32,000 nt of DNA from Candidatus Saccharimonadota bacterium (GTDB lineage: Bacteria > Pseudomonadota > Gammaproteobacteria > Enterobacterales > Enterobacteriaceae), in assembly GCA_049942765.1 (NCBI GenBank), contig CP188086.1, forward strand, positions 210,001-242,000. The letters are read 5' to 3'. Shown in pieces: positions 9,425 through 18,811 of the stretch (positions within the stretch are counted from its first letter, which is position 1; each line of letters opens with the position of its first letter). The notes beneath the pieces were generated by a model. That model was not told the origin of the DNA. It searched no databases and saw only the letters and a program-made list of their open reading frames with translations. A program made the translations under genes and the position numbers.

Positions 9425-11278
9425 TTGAATGATATGGCTAAAAACCTGGTTCTTTGGTTTTTTATTGCAGTTCTTTTGATATCTGTCTTTCATAATTTAA
9501 GTGTTAACAACGATCACTATCAACAGGTCGATTATTCAACTTTTTTATCGGAAGTAAACCAAGATCAGATTCGTGAAACACATATTGATGGTCGTGAAAT
9601 TGTAGCTACTAAAAAAGATGGTAGTAAATACATGACTTTTATTCCTATTAGTGATCCTAAATTACTTGATAATCTTTTACTTAGACATGTAAAAGTGATA
9701 GGTAACACCCCTGAGTCATCTAGTTTATTCACATCGATATTTGTATCCTGGTTTCCAACATTGTTATTGATTGGTGTATGGGTTTTTTTTATGCGTCAAA
9801 TGCAATTAGGTGGAGGTAAAGGGGCAATGTCGTTTGGAAAAAGCAAAGCAAGAATGTTAGAAGATAATCAAATAAAAACTACTTTTTCTGATGTAGCTGG
9901 GTGTGATGAAGCTAAAGAAGAAGTTCAGGAGTTAGTAGAATATCTTAAAGAACCAGCTAAGTTTCAAAAATTAGGTGGAAAAATACCTAAAGGTTTATTA
10001 ATGGTAGGTCCTCCTGGAACCGGGAAAACGTTATTAGCTAAGGCTATAGCTGGAGAAGCTAAAGTTCCTTTTTTTACTATTTCTGGTTCTGATTTTGTAG
10101 AAATGTTCGTAGGAGTAGGAGCTTCTCGTGTTAGAGATATGTTTGAACGTGCTAGAAAATCTTCTCCTTGTATTATGTTTATTGATGAAATTGATGCTGT
10201 AGGTAGACAACGAGGTACAGGTTTAGGTGGTGGTCATGATGAAAGAGAGCAAACTTTAAATCAAATGTTAGTTGAAATGGATGGGTTTGAAGGTAATGAA
10301 GGGATTATTTTAATAGCTGCTACTAATCGACCAGATGTATTGGATCCTGCATTACTAAGACCCGGTCGTTTTGATCGACAGGTTATTGTAGCCTTACCTG
10401 ATTTAAGAGGCAGAGAACAAATTTTAAAAGTACATATGAAAAAAGTGCCTTTAGAAAAAAATGTAAATCCAATGATCATTGCTAGAGGAACTCCTGGTTT
10501 TTCTGGTGCTGATTTAGCTAATTTAGTTAATGAAGCTGCATTATATGCTGCAAGGTCTAATCAGCTAGTGGTATCTATGGTTGAATTAGAACAAGCAAAA
10601 GATAAAATTATGATGGGAACTGAAAGAAAATCATTACTAATAACGGAATTTCAGAAAGAAGTTACTGCTTATCATGAAGCTGGTCATGTGATTATTGGTT
10701 ATTTAGTACCTGAACATGACCCAGTTCATAAAGTAACAATTATACCTAGAGGTCAAGCATTAGGTGTTACATTTTTTTTACCAAAAGAAGATTCAATCAG
10801 TGTTAGTAAACAAAAATTAGAAAGTCAACTTTCTACTTTATATGGTGGTCGATTGGCTGAAGAATTAATTTATGGATTAGATCGAATTTCTACTGGATCT
10901 TCTAATGATATTAAATTAGCTACTAATTTAGCTAGGAAAATGGTTACTCAATGGGGATTTTCAGATAAATTAGGTCCTTTATTGTATTCTGAAGAGGAAG
11001 GTGAAATTTTTTTAGGGAAAACAGTAGTTAAATCTAAATATATCTCTAATGAAACTACAAGAATTATTGATGAAGAAGTTAAATTATTGATAGAAAAAAA
11101 TTATCAAAGAGCTAGAATAATATTAAACAAAAATATGGATATTTTACATGCTATGAAAGAAGCATTGATAAAATATGAGACGATAGATGTTCATCAAATT
11201 AGTGATCTCATGAATCGTGTATCTGTTAGACCACCTGTTAATTGGTGTGATAAAAATGTTGTTAATGTAGTTGTATAA
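9425..11278 (+). CDS. ftsH: ATP-dependent zinc metalloprotease FtsH
   Basis: It shows very high identity to E. coli FtsH throughout: Walker [24 protein letters not shown], Walker [13 protein letters not shown], and zinc site HEAGHVI. The ORF track begins at TTG 9392. Homology indicates a start at TTG 9425 (MNDMAKNL, against E. coli MSDMAKNL), with GAGG at 9413-9416 lying 8 nt upstream, or at ATG 9434 (MAKNL). Confidence 0.96.
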   Translation: MNDMAKNLVLWFFIAVLLISVFHNLSVNNDHYQQVDYSTFLSEVNQDQIRETHIDGREIVATKKDGSKYMTFIPISDPKLLDNLLLRHVKVIGNTPESSSLFTSIFVSWFPTLLLIGVWVFFMRQMQLGGGKGAMSFGKSKARMLEDNQIKTTFSDVAGCDEAKEEVQELVEYLKEPAKFQKLGGKIPKGLLMVGPPGTGKTLLAKAIAGEAKVPFFTISGSDFVEMFVGVGASRVRDMFERARKSSPCIMFIDEIDAVGRQRGTGLGGGHDEREQTLNQMLVEMDGFEGNEGIILIAATNRPDVLDPALLRPGRFDRQVIVALPDLRGREQILKVHMKKVPLEKNVNPMIIARGTPGFSGADLANLVNEAALYAARSNQLVVSMVELEQAKDKIMMGTERKSLLITEFQKEVTAYHEAGHVIIGYLVPEHDPVHKVTIIPRGQALGVTFFLPKEDSISVSKQKLESQLSTLYGGRLAEELIYGLDRISTGSSNDIKLATNLARKMVTQWGFSDKLGPLLYSEEEGEIFLGKTVVKSKYISNETTRIIDEEVKLLIEKNYQRARIILNKNMDILHAMKEALIKYETIDVHQISDLMNRVSVRPPVNWCDKNVVNVVV

Positions 11279-11335
11279 TCACTATATTTATTTTTTATGT
11301 TTTATTATTGTGTAATCTTAATAATTTTTGTATCT

Positions 11336-11370
11336 ATAGTAGGTTTTTTTAAAACCTACTATTAATTTAT
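11336..11370 (+). terminator. Intrinsic terminator after ftsH
   Basis: A perfect 12-bp inverted repeat joins ATAGTAGGTTTT (11336-11347) to AAAACCTACTAT (11351-11362) around a T-rich apex. It lies 58 nt after the ftsH stop and is followed by TAATTTATT. Confidence 0.6.
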
Positions 11371-11579
11371 TAAAATAAAAATTTTTGATTATTAATCATT
11401 AAATATAAATTTAAATTATAGTAATATTTTTTATTCACAGTGTTCTCAGCTGTAATGATTATTACTGATATTATTATTCATTGCATTTTTTTTTAATTAT
11501 TAACATGGTATAGTATGTATACATTATATAATAATTTATGTTTATATTTTTAATATATAAAATAGTACGGAATTAGTTT

Positions 11580-11872
11580 ATGTATAATTTTTTTTTATAG
11601 TTTTTATACTTGTATCAATTTTAATAATAGCCACAATTTTAATAAAACCAATAGATAAAACACATGGATCTTCTATTAAATTAGGTTCAATAAATTTGTT
11701 ATTTCATTCATATAATAGAAATAATTTTTTAATGCTTTTAGTAGGTATTTTAATAATAATATTCTTCATTTCATCATTAATGTTATGTAAAATTACAACT
11801 CAAGAAGAAGTTGATAATTTAATTATTCATGATAATGAGAATGTAATAATTCATTCTAATAAAAAAGTTTGA
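11580..11872 (+). pseudogene. secG: secG (protein-export membrane protein), interrupted by a frameshift in a T9 homopolymer at 11588-11596
   Basis: ATG 11580 gives MYNFFL and then TAG 11598-11600. The frame opening in the T run reads IVFILVSILIIATILIKPIDKTHGSSIKLGSINLLFHSYNRNNFLMLLVGILIIIFFISSLMLCKITTQEE... to TGA 11870-11872. This is colinear with E. coli SecG (MYEALLVVFLIVAIGLVGLIML...NFMTRMTALLATLFFIISLVLGNI). Its position between ftsH and tRNA-Leu matches E. coli secG-leuU. It is absent from the ORF track because of the frameshift. Confidence 0.8.
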
Positions 11873-11965
11873 AGACAGTTTAATTACATATAGGAATATT
11901 ATATGAGTATATGTTAAATTGTTGTAATGATGTATTTTATACGTTGTATAATTAATTTTTTATAT

Positions 11966-12051
11966 GCCGAAGTGGTGAAATTGGTAGACACGCTACTTTG
12001 AGGTGGTAGTACCTAATTTTAGGTGTACGGGTTCAAATCCCGTCTTCGGTA
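11966..12051 (+). tRNA. leuU: tRNA-Leu (anticodon GAG), class II with long variable arm; CCA not encoded
   Basis: Hand-folded cloverleaf: acceptor GCCGAAG/CTTCGGT (G1-U72 wobble) plus discriminator A; D arm GTG...CAC; anticodon stem CTACT/GGTAG with loop TTGAGGT. The variable arm is ACCT-AATTTT-AGGT, and the T arm is ACGGG-TTCAAAT-CCCGT. It is near-identical to E. coli leuU and directly follows secG. Confidence 0.93.
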
Positions 12052-12244
12052 TTAATATAATTTATTATTATTGTTATACTTATTAAGGTATTTTTATTTA
12101 AATTATGTTATTTATAACTTGTTAGTTATATATACTTTTATATTATAATCTAATTCATTTCTTATATGTAAACATATAATATGTAATATTTAATATTATT
12201 TGTTTGTTATTTTAATAAAATATAATTGTTTAAATTTGACATGT

Positions 12245-12277
12245 AAAACTCCGTATTAATCGGGGTTTTTATTATTT
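12245..12277 (+). terminator. Intrinsic terminator downstream of secG-leuU
   Basis: Stem AAAACTCCG (12245-12253) pairs with CGGGGTTTT (12261-12269), 9 bp including one G-U. The loop is TATTAAT, and the stem runs into TTTTTATTATTT. Confidence 0.6.
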
Positions 12278-12790
12278 AATACATATTAATATTTTATATA
12301 ATTAAATGGTATTTATTTATTGTTTGTAACATAGTTTTGTTTATTTTATATAATATTTTTATGTATATTATTTTTTGTATATTATTAATTTTATGTATAC
12401 ATGAATTTTAATAATTGTTTTTTTTAATTAATCAGTATTAGATTAATTAAAAAATAATTTAATAATACAAAATTATATTATTAGTTAACTAAAAGATTAG
12501 TAGTTTGAATTATATATATATACCATGGTATATTTTATATATAAAAAAAATACATATTATAACTAAAATTTAAAAATATAGAGATGTTAAATAGAACAAC
12601 ATGATTTATGTTATTATTATTTTGTAAATGAACTGAATTTAATTTTTATTAAATAGAGATTTAATCATATATTTTATATAAAAATATTTTGTATAGTGAT
12701 AAATATAATATAGTTATAAAACTATAATAAAAATATATAATATAGTTTAATTTTTTAGGTAATGTGTAAAACACATTAAGGCTAACTAAG

Positions 12791-14278
12791 ATGAATAAAG
12801 AAATCTTAGCTGTTGCAGAAGCTGTTTCTAATGAAAAATCTTTACCTAGAGAAAAAATTTTTGAAGCGTTAGAAGTTGCATTAGCAACAGCTACAAAAAA
12901 AAAACATGATAAAGATATTGACATTCGAGTGAGTATTGATCGAAAAACAGGAGATTTTAAAACTTTTCGAAGATGGATGGTTGTTAATGAAGTTACGCAA
13001 CCAACCAAAGAAATTACATTAGATGCAGCATGTTTTGAAGATCAAAGTATGAAAATTAATGATTATGTTGAGGATGAAATTCAATCTGTTACTTTTGATA
13101 GAATAACAACTCAAACAGCAAAACAAGTTATAGTTCAAAAGGTTCGTGAAGCTGAAAGAGCTATGATTGTAGAACAATTCCGGGAACACGAAGGTGAAAT
13201 TATTACTGGTATAGTAAAAAAAATTAATCGAGATAATATTATTTTAGATTTAGGTGATAATGCAGAAGCATTAGTAATGAAAGAAGATATGTTACCTAGA
13301 GAAAATTTCAGACCAGGTGATCGTGTTCGCGGTGTTTTATATGCAGTACATCCTGAATCTAGAGGTGCTCAGTTATTTGTTAGTAGGTCTAAAGATGCAA
13401 TGTTAACAGAATTGTTTAGAATTGAAGTACCAGAAATAGGGGAAGAAGTTATTGAAATTAAAGCTACAGCTCGAGATCCTGGATCTCGTTCAAAAATAGC
13501 TGTTAAAACTAATGATAAAAGAATTGATCCTGTAGGTGCTTGTGTTGGTATGCGTGGAGCAAGAGTCCAAGCTGTATCTAGTGAATTATGTGGAGAACGA
13601 ATTGATGTTGTATTATGGGATGAACATTATCCTCAATTTGTTATTAATGCAATGTTACCAGCCGAAGTTTCATCTATTATTGTAGATGAAGATTCTCATG
13701 CCATAGATATTGCAGTGGAAAATAGTAATTTAGCACAAGCTATTGGTAGGAATGGACAAAATGTTCGTTTAGCATCGCAGTTAACTGGTTGGGATTTGAA
13801 TATCATGACAATAGAAGAATTATCTATTAAACATAAAAAAGAATCCAATAAAACTTTAATTTTTTTTCAAAAATATTTAAATATTAGTGAGAAAGTAGCT
13901 AAACTATTAGTTAATGAAGGTTTTAGTAAACTAGAGGAATTAGTTTATATATCGTTTAATGAGTTGTTAAATATTAAAGGACTTAATATTCATCAAATAC
14001 AATATATTCAAGATACAGCAAAAAAAGCATTACATAACATTCAATTAGAACATAAACAACAAATTGATAAGCATTTAATTGATTCTAATTTATTAAATTT
14101 AAATGGTATGAACTATCCTATAGCTATTGCTTTATTGAACAAAAAAATATGTACCTTAGAAAATCTTGCAGATCAAAGTGTAGATGATTTAATGGATATA
14201 AAAGAATTAGATGTTATTGAAGCTGGAAAATTAATTATGGCAGCTAGAAACATCTGTTGGTTTAGTAGCAAATGTTAA
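12791..14278 (+). CDS. nusA: Transcription termination/antitermination factor NusA
   Basis: [62 protein letters not shown] is nearly identical to the E. coli NusA N-terminus. S1 and KH domains and the C-terminal repeats follow. It has 495 aa, as in E. coli. AAGG lies at 12778-12781. Confidence 0.96.
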   Translation: MNKEILAVAEAVSNEKSLPREKIFEALEVALATATKKKHDKDIDIRVSIDRKTGDFKTFRRWMVVNEVTQPTKEITLDAACFEDQSMKINDYVEDEIQSVTFDRITTQTAKQVIVQKVREAERAMIVEQFREHEGEIITGIVKKINRDNIILDLGDNAEALVMKEDMLPRENFRPGDRVRGVLYAVHPESRGAQLFVSRSKDAMLTELFRIEVPEIGEEVIEIKATARDPGSRSKIAVKTNDKRIDPVGACVGMRGARVQAVSSELCGERIDVVLWDEHYPQFVINAMLPAEVSSIIVDEDSHAIDIAVENSNLAQAIGRNGQNVRLASQLTGWDLNIMTIEELSIKHKKESNKTLIFFQKYLNISEKVAKLLVNEGFSKLEELVYISFNELLNIKGLNIHQIQYIQDTAKKALHNIQLEHKQQIDKHLIDSNLLNLNGMNYPIAIALLNKKICTLENLADQSVDDLMDIKELDVIEAGKLIMAARNICWFSSKC

Positions 14279-14295
14279 TAATAGGAAAACATAAT

Positions 14296-16869
14296 ATGGT
14301 GAATTATGTTAATTTACAATTACTAGCTGATGAAATCAATATTTCTATGGATCAGTTACTGCATAAGTTAGCTGATATAGGTATTATTAAAACAAAACAT
14401 GATGTTTTAACTAACGATGAAAAAAAAATGTTATTTGAATCATTATACAAAAATCCAAATAGTAATGTAAAAACATTTGTATTACAACGTAAAAGATGTA
14501 GTACTTTAAACTTCTCCACAATTAATGGGAAAAACAAATCAATTCCGGTTGAAGTACGAAAGAAACATATATATTTAAAGAATGATATAGAAAAAAATAT
14601 TGTTAATAACATTTCTTTAGAATTATCTCAACAGCGTAATAAAGAATTGTCTTCAGATCAGTTGATTAATAAAAAAAAATTATTAATTAAATCTCTCGTA
14701 ACACGTTCAATATATGATACGAACACAAATCAGTTGGACAAAAAATACAAAATGAAAGATAGAAAAAGAAAAAGTTCCATTTCACCTCGAATAGTTATTG
14801 ATGAAAAAATAAAATTAAATAATAAATTACAAAATTGGATAACGGAAAATAATAAAAATACTTTTTTTTCCAATAAAAGTCTTCGAATAAATTTTAGAGG
14901 TGATAAAAAAGATTTATTACTTAAAAATAATCGTCGTGATAATATTATTAATAATAAAAACATTTCGAAAAAAAATCGTTTTGATTTTATTTCTAATAAG
15001 AATAGTTTAAGTGATAAAAAAAATAGTTTAAAAAATAATAAAATTAATTTTACTAAGAATAGTAGTTCTTTATTGTTTAAACAACATTTTAAAAAACCAT
15101 TAAACGTTATAAACAGAGATATAATTTTAAGAGAGACTATTTCTATATCAGATTTAGCTAAAAAAATGGCTGTTAAAGTTGATGAAGTAATTAAAACGAT
15201 TTCTATGATTGGTGGATCATCTGATAATAATCAAATTTTAGATCAAGATATGGCTCAATTAGTAGCTGAAGAAATGGGTCATAAAGTTATATTGTATTGC
15301 AATGATCATTTAGAACAATCTGTAATAGAAGATAGATTAAATCAAGATTGTAAAAAAATTAATAATAGAGCTCCTATTGTAACAATTATGGGACATGTTG
15401 ATCATGGAAAAACATCATTACTGGATTATATTCGTTCTAGCAATGTTGTACAGAATGAATCCGGTGGTATTACACAACATATTGGTGCATATCATGTAAA
15501 AACAGATAGTGGTATTATTACTTTTTTAGATACACCAGGTCATTCTGCATTTACTGCTATGCGTGCTAGAGGTGTAAAAACTACTGATATAGTTGTTTTA
15601 GTTGTTGCAGCTGACGATGGAGTTAAGCCTCAAACTATAGAAGCTATTCAACATGCTAAAGCTGCTAAAGTACCGATATTAGTAGCAATTAATAAAATTG
15701 ATAAAATCAATTCTAATTTGAAAGATATTAAAAATCAGTTGATGAAGTATGAAATTGTATCAGAAGAATGGGGTGGTGATACTATATTTGTTAATGTTTC
15801 TGCTAAAACTGGAGAAGGTGTTAATGAATTATTACATTCTATCTTATTGCAATCAGAATTATTAGAATTAAGTACTAATTTTGATGGTATGGCTACTGGA
15901 GTTGTTATTGAGTCTTGTTTAGATAAAGGTCGTGGCCCAGTAGCAACTGTATTAGTAAAAGAAGGTAGTCTTAGTAAAGGTAATATTGTATTATGTGGTA
16001 TTGAATATGGACGTATTAGAGCATTATTAGATGAAAGAGGTAGGGAAATTGAGTCAGCTGGTCCTTCAATTCCTGTTGAAATTTTGGGTCTATCTGGAGT
16101 TCCATTAGCAGGCGATATTATGGATGTTGTTAAGCATGAAAAAATAGCAAGAGAAGTATCATTTAATAGAAAAGATAAAAATAGATTATTAAAGTTATCA
16201 ATGAAAAAAAATGTAAATCTTGAAAACATGTTTAAGAATGTACAAGATAATAAAGTTAAAGAATTAAATATTATTTTAAAAACTGATGTTCAAGGTTCGT
16301 TAGAAGCTATTTTAGATTCTTTATCAAAAATTTCGCATGATGAAATTGAAATAAAAGTAATTGGTTCAGGTGTAGGTGGTATCACTGAAACTGATGTTTC
16401 TTTGGCTTTAGCTTCTAGTGCTATTATTATAGGATTTAATGTTAGGGCAGATAATACAGCACGTCGTTTAATAAAATTAGAAAATTTAGATTTACGATAT
16501 TATTCTGTAATTTATGAATTACTTAATGAAATAAAAATGTCTATGTCTGGTATGTTATCTCCTGAGTATAAACAAAAGATCATAGGATTAGCCATAGTTC
16601 GAAATGTTTTTCAATTTCCTAAAATTGGATATGTTGCTGGATGTATGGTTACAGAAGGTTCAATTAAAAAAAATCAATCAATTCGTATATTGAGAGATAA
16701 CATTGTGATTTATGAAGGTGAATTAGAATCTTTACGACGTTTTAAAGATGATGTACAAGAAGTGAAAAAAGGGATGGAATGTGGAGTAGGAGTAAAAAAT
16801 TATAATGATATACGAATTAATGATGTTATAGAAGTTTTTAAAATTATTTCAGTAAAAAGAATGATTTAA
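14296..16869 (+). CDS. infB: Translation initiation factor IF-2
   Basis: The GTPase domain ([37 protein letters not shown]) and C-terminal domains are colinear with E. coli IF2. The ORF track starts at ATG 14272, overlapping the nusA stop. ATG 14296 ([22 protein letters not shown], against E. coli [21 protein letters not shown]) follows AGGA at 14283-14286 and is the likelier start. The N-terminal third is a K/N-rich low-complexity region. Confidence 0.95.
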   Translation: MVNYVNLQLLADEINISMDQLLHKLADIGIIKTKHDVLTNDEKKMLFESLYKNPNSNVKTFVLQRKRCSTLNFSTINGKNKSIPVEVRKKHIYLKNDIEKNIVNNISLELSQQRNKELSSDQLINKKKLLIKSLVTRSIYDTNTNQLDKKYKMKDRKRKSSISPRIVIDEKIKLNNKLQNWITENNKNTFFSNKSLRINFRGDKKDLLLKNNRRDNIINNKNISKKNRFDFISNKNSLSDKKNSLKNNKINFTKNSSSLLFKQHFKKPLNVINRDIILRETISISDLAKKMAVKVDEVIKTISMIGGSSDNNQILDQDMAQLVAEEMGHKVILYCNDHLEQSVIEDRLNQDCKKINNRAPIVTIMGHVDHGKTSLLDYIRSSNVVQNESGGITQHIGAYHVKTDSGIITFLDTPGHSAFTAMRARGVKTTDIVVLVVAADDGVKPQTIEAIQHAKAAKVPILVAINKIDKINSNLKDIKNQLMKYEIVSEEWGGDTIFVNVSAKTGEGVNELLHSILLQSELLELSTNFDGMATGVVIESCLDKGRGPVATVLVKEGSLSKGNIVLCGIEYGRIRALLDERGREIESAGPSIPVEILGLSGVPLAGDIMDVVKHEKIAREVSFNRKDKNRLLKLSMKKNVNLENMFKNVQDNKVKELNIILKTDVQGSLEAILDSLSKISHDEIEIKVIGSGVGGITETDVSLALASSAIIIGFNVRADNTARRLIKLENLDLRYYSVIYELLNEIKMSMSGMLSPEYKQKIIGLAIVRNVFQFPKIGYVAGCMVTEGSIKKNQSIRILRDNIVIYEGELESLRRFKDDVQEVKKGMECGVGVKNYNDIRINDVIEVFKIISVKRMI

Positions 16870-16924
16870 TCATGAAAGAATTTTAGATTATAAATATATT
16901 GTTTAATATTTTAAGGTTGTAGAT

Positions 16925-17293
16925 GTGAAAAAAGTTAATTTTAGAATAAATAAAATCAATCAAGAAATAAAAAAAACATTAAGTTTTATTTTATATCATA
17001 AGATGAATGATCCTAGAATAGATTTTAAGATTTCTATCTTAAATGTATCTATATCATTAGATTTATCTGTTGCTAAAGTTTTTTTTAGTGTATTACATGA
17101 TGATCAGAAGAAAGAAATGATTGTGATATTAAATAAAGCAGCTATTTATATTAGAAAGTTGTTAAGTCAACATATATTTTTACGTGTGATTCCTGCTTTA
17201 ATTTTTGTTTATGATGGTTCTTTTATTCATGGCATGCGTTTAACTAAGTTAATTAATCGTTCATTATCTATTGATAGTTCCATGTTATATTAA
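16925..17293 (+). CDS. rbfA: 30S ribosome-binding factor RbfA
   Basis: GTG start. MKKVNFRINKINQEIKKTLSFILYHKMNDPRI...AKVFFSVL...LRVIPALIFVYDGSFIHGMRLTKLI aligns without gaps to E. coli RbfA ([32 protein letters not shown]...[25 protein letters not shown]). Its position between infB and truB is conserved. Confidence 0.9.
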   Translation: MKKVNFRINKINQEIKKTLSFILYHKMNDPRIDFKISILNVSISLDLSVAKVFFSVLHDDQKKEMIVILNKAAIYIRKLLSQHIFLRVIPALIFVYDGSFIHGMRLTKLINRSLSIDSSMLY

Positions 17294-17334
17294 TAACATT
17301 TAAAAAACATTATGTTGGGTATACATGTTTATTT

Positions 17335-18264
17335 ATGAAATCAATGTTAGATATTAATGGAGTATTATTATTAGATAAATCTAAAGGTAAAACGTCTTAT
17401 CAAGTGTTAAAAGAAATAAAGAATATGTTCTTAGCAAATAAAGCAGGACATACCGGTTCATTAGATCCATTGGCAACAGGTATGCTTCCTATTTTTTTTG
17501 GTGAATCTACTAAATTTATTCAATATGCATTAAACGCTGATAAACAATATTTAGTTATCGCAAAATTAGGTGTAAAAACATCTACTTCAGATGCTGAAGG
17601 GGAAATTATAAAGATACGTGCTATTAACGTTACCAAGAAACAATTATGTAATCAGTTAGGAAAATTTCTTGGTAATGTATATCAGATACCTTCTATGTAT
17701 TCAGCAATAAAATATAAAGGAACACCGTTATATAAATATGCACGAAAAGGAATTGTAATTAATCGGAGTAGTAGGAAAATTACTATCTATAATATAGATT
17801 GTATATTCTTTAATCAAAAATATATTAAATTAAATATTTTTTGTTCCAAAGGAACATATATAAGAACTTTAGTGGATGATTTAGGAGAACAATTAGGTTG
17901 TGGAGCTCATGTAGTATCTTTACGTCGTATACAGGTAGATAGTTATCCTATGAGAAAGTTAGTTACTATAGATCAATTATATTTAATTAAAAATTGGTGT
18001 ATTAAAAAAAAGTTAATAGTATCTAGTTATATAAACAAATTGTTATTGCCGATTGATTATCCATTATTAAATTTTAAAACAATAAAAGTTACTAATATTG
18101 AACTTAAAAAATTAATTGTAGGACAACACATACAATTGAATAAAATATTTAGAATTACTGAAATTGTTGTTCGTATTGTTGATGTTAGTTTAAAATTTGT
18201 TGGAGTGGGGTATATTGATCACCGAGGTATTCTAATTCCTAAAAGATTAATTTCACAAGAATAG
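17335..18264 (+). CDS. truB: tRNA pseudouridine(55) synthase TruB
   Basis: INGVLLLDKSKGKTSYQVLKEIKNMFLANKAGHTGSLDPLATGMLPIFFGESTKF matches the E. coli TruB catalytic region, including the GHTGxLDPxAxG motif with the catalytic Asp. It has 309 aa against 314 aa. Confidence 0.94.
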   Translation: MKSMLDINGVLLLDKSKGKTSYQVLKEIKNMFLANKAGHTGSLDPLATGMLPIFFGESTKFIQYALNADKQYLVIAKLGVKTSTSDAEGEIIKIRAINVTKKQLCNQLGKFLGNVYQIPSMYSAIKYKGTPLYKYARKGIVINRSSRKITIYNIDCIFFNQKYIKLNIFCSKGTYIRTLVDDLGEQLGCGAHVVSLRRIQVDSYPMRKLVTIDQLYLIKNWCIKKKLIVSSYINKLLLPIDYPLLNFKTIKVTNIELKKLIVGQHIQLNKIFRITEIVVRIVDVSLKFVGVGYIDHRGILIPKRLISQE

Positions 18265-18324
18265 TTGTTTATTTTTGTTTAAATAAATTATAATTGGTTT
18301 ATTTTATGTTTAGAATTTAAAGAA

Positions 18325-18603
18325 ATGAGGGTTTATATTGTGATAGTTACAACTACAACAGAAATAGTTAATAAATATGGTAAAAATAATAAAGATACTG
18401 GTACTACTGAAGTACAAATTGCATTATTAACTAATCAGATTAATCATTTACATAAACATTTTATTAGTCATAAAAAAGATTTTTGTAGTCGTAGAGGATT
18501 GTTAAAAATGGTAGCTCAGCGTAGAAAGTTATTAAATTATTTAAAAAAAAATAATCTTGATAGATATCTGTTTATCATTGATAATTTAAAATTACGTAGG
18601 TAA
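18325..18603 (+). CDS. rpsO: 30S ribosomal protein S15
   Basis: [58 protein letters not shown]...LKLRR matches E. coli S15. The start is ambiguous. ATG 18325 gives 92 aa. In-frame GTG 18340 gives 87 aa and has GAGGG at 18327-18331, 8 nt upstream. E. coli S15 is 89 aa. Confidence 0.93.
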   Translation: MRVYIVIVTTTTEIVNKYGKNNKDTGTTEVQIALLTNQINHLHKHFISHKKDFCSRRGLLKMVAQRRKLLNYLKKNNLDRYLFIIDNLKLRR

Positions 18604-18811
18604 GGATTGTTAGTTTTAATAGAATCTCTTTGTGTATAAAAATTTCTTTATGAATTTTTAACAATCATTTGTCAAATATTTTAATAATATTTATAATTTA
18701 TCATAAGTAATATCATGTATTTTTTGTTTAAAAAACTGTATGTTTTTTTTATATTAATTCCAGTGTTTTATTTTTATATGAAATAATTCATTGTATTTTA
18801 AGGATGTGATT

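Noticed and set aside
10261-10479. 72-aa - strand ORF
   Set aside because: It is antisense to the AAA+ core of ftsH. It is spurious.
12661-13008. 115-aa - strand ORF
   Set aside because: It overlaps the nusA 5' end in antisense and continues into an A/T spacer. It has no homology and a biased composition.
14352-14963. Two - strand ORFs (86 and 77 aa) inside infB
   Set aside because: They are antisense to the K/N-rich N-terminal region of IF2. Their F/L-rich products are the mirror image of poly-Lys/Asn codons.
15735-16229. 164-aa - strand ORF, unusually long for this A/T-rich DNA
   Set aside because: It is antisense to the conserved, relatively G/C-richer GTPase/domain II part of infB. No start context or family resemblance is present. 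Long antisense ORFs are common opposite strongly codon-structured genes.
16872-16886. Mini-ORF ATG AAA GAA TTT TAG (MKEF*), which resembles the E. coli RbfA N-terminus MAKEF and suggested a frameshifted older rbfA start
   Set aside because: The GTG-initiated ORF at 16925 already aligns without gaps to E. coli RbfA from residue 1 (MKKVNFRINKINQE against [14 protein letters not shown]). The resemblance is therefore coincidental.
18605-18666. Long-range pairing GATTGTTAG/TTAACAATC in the rpsO-pnp spacer as a possible RNase III leader hairpin or rpsO terminator
   Set aside because: It has only 8-9 bp closing a roughly 44-nt mostly unpaired loop and no U-tract. That is not enough to call a feature. 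It is mentioned only under the pnp start finding.
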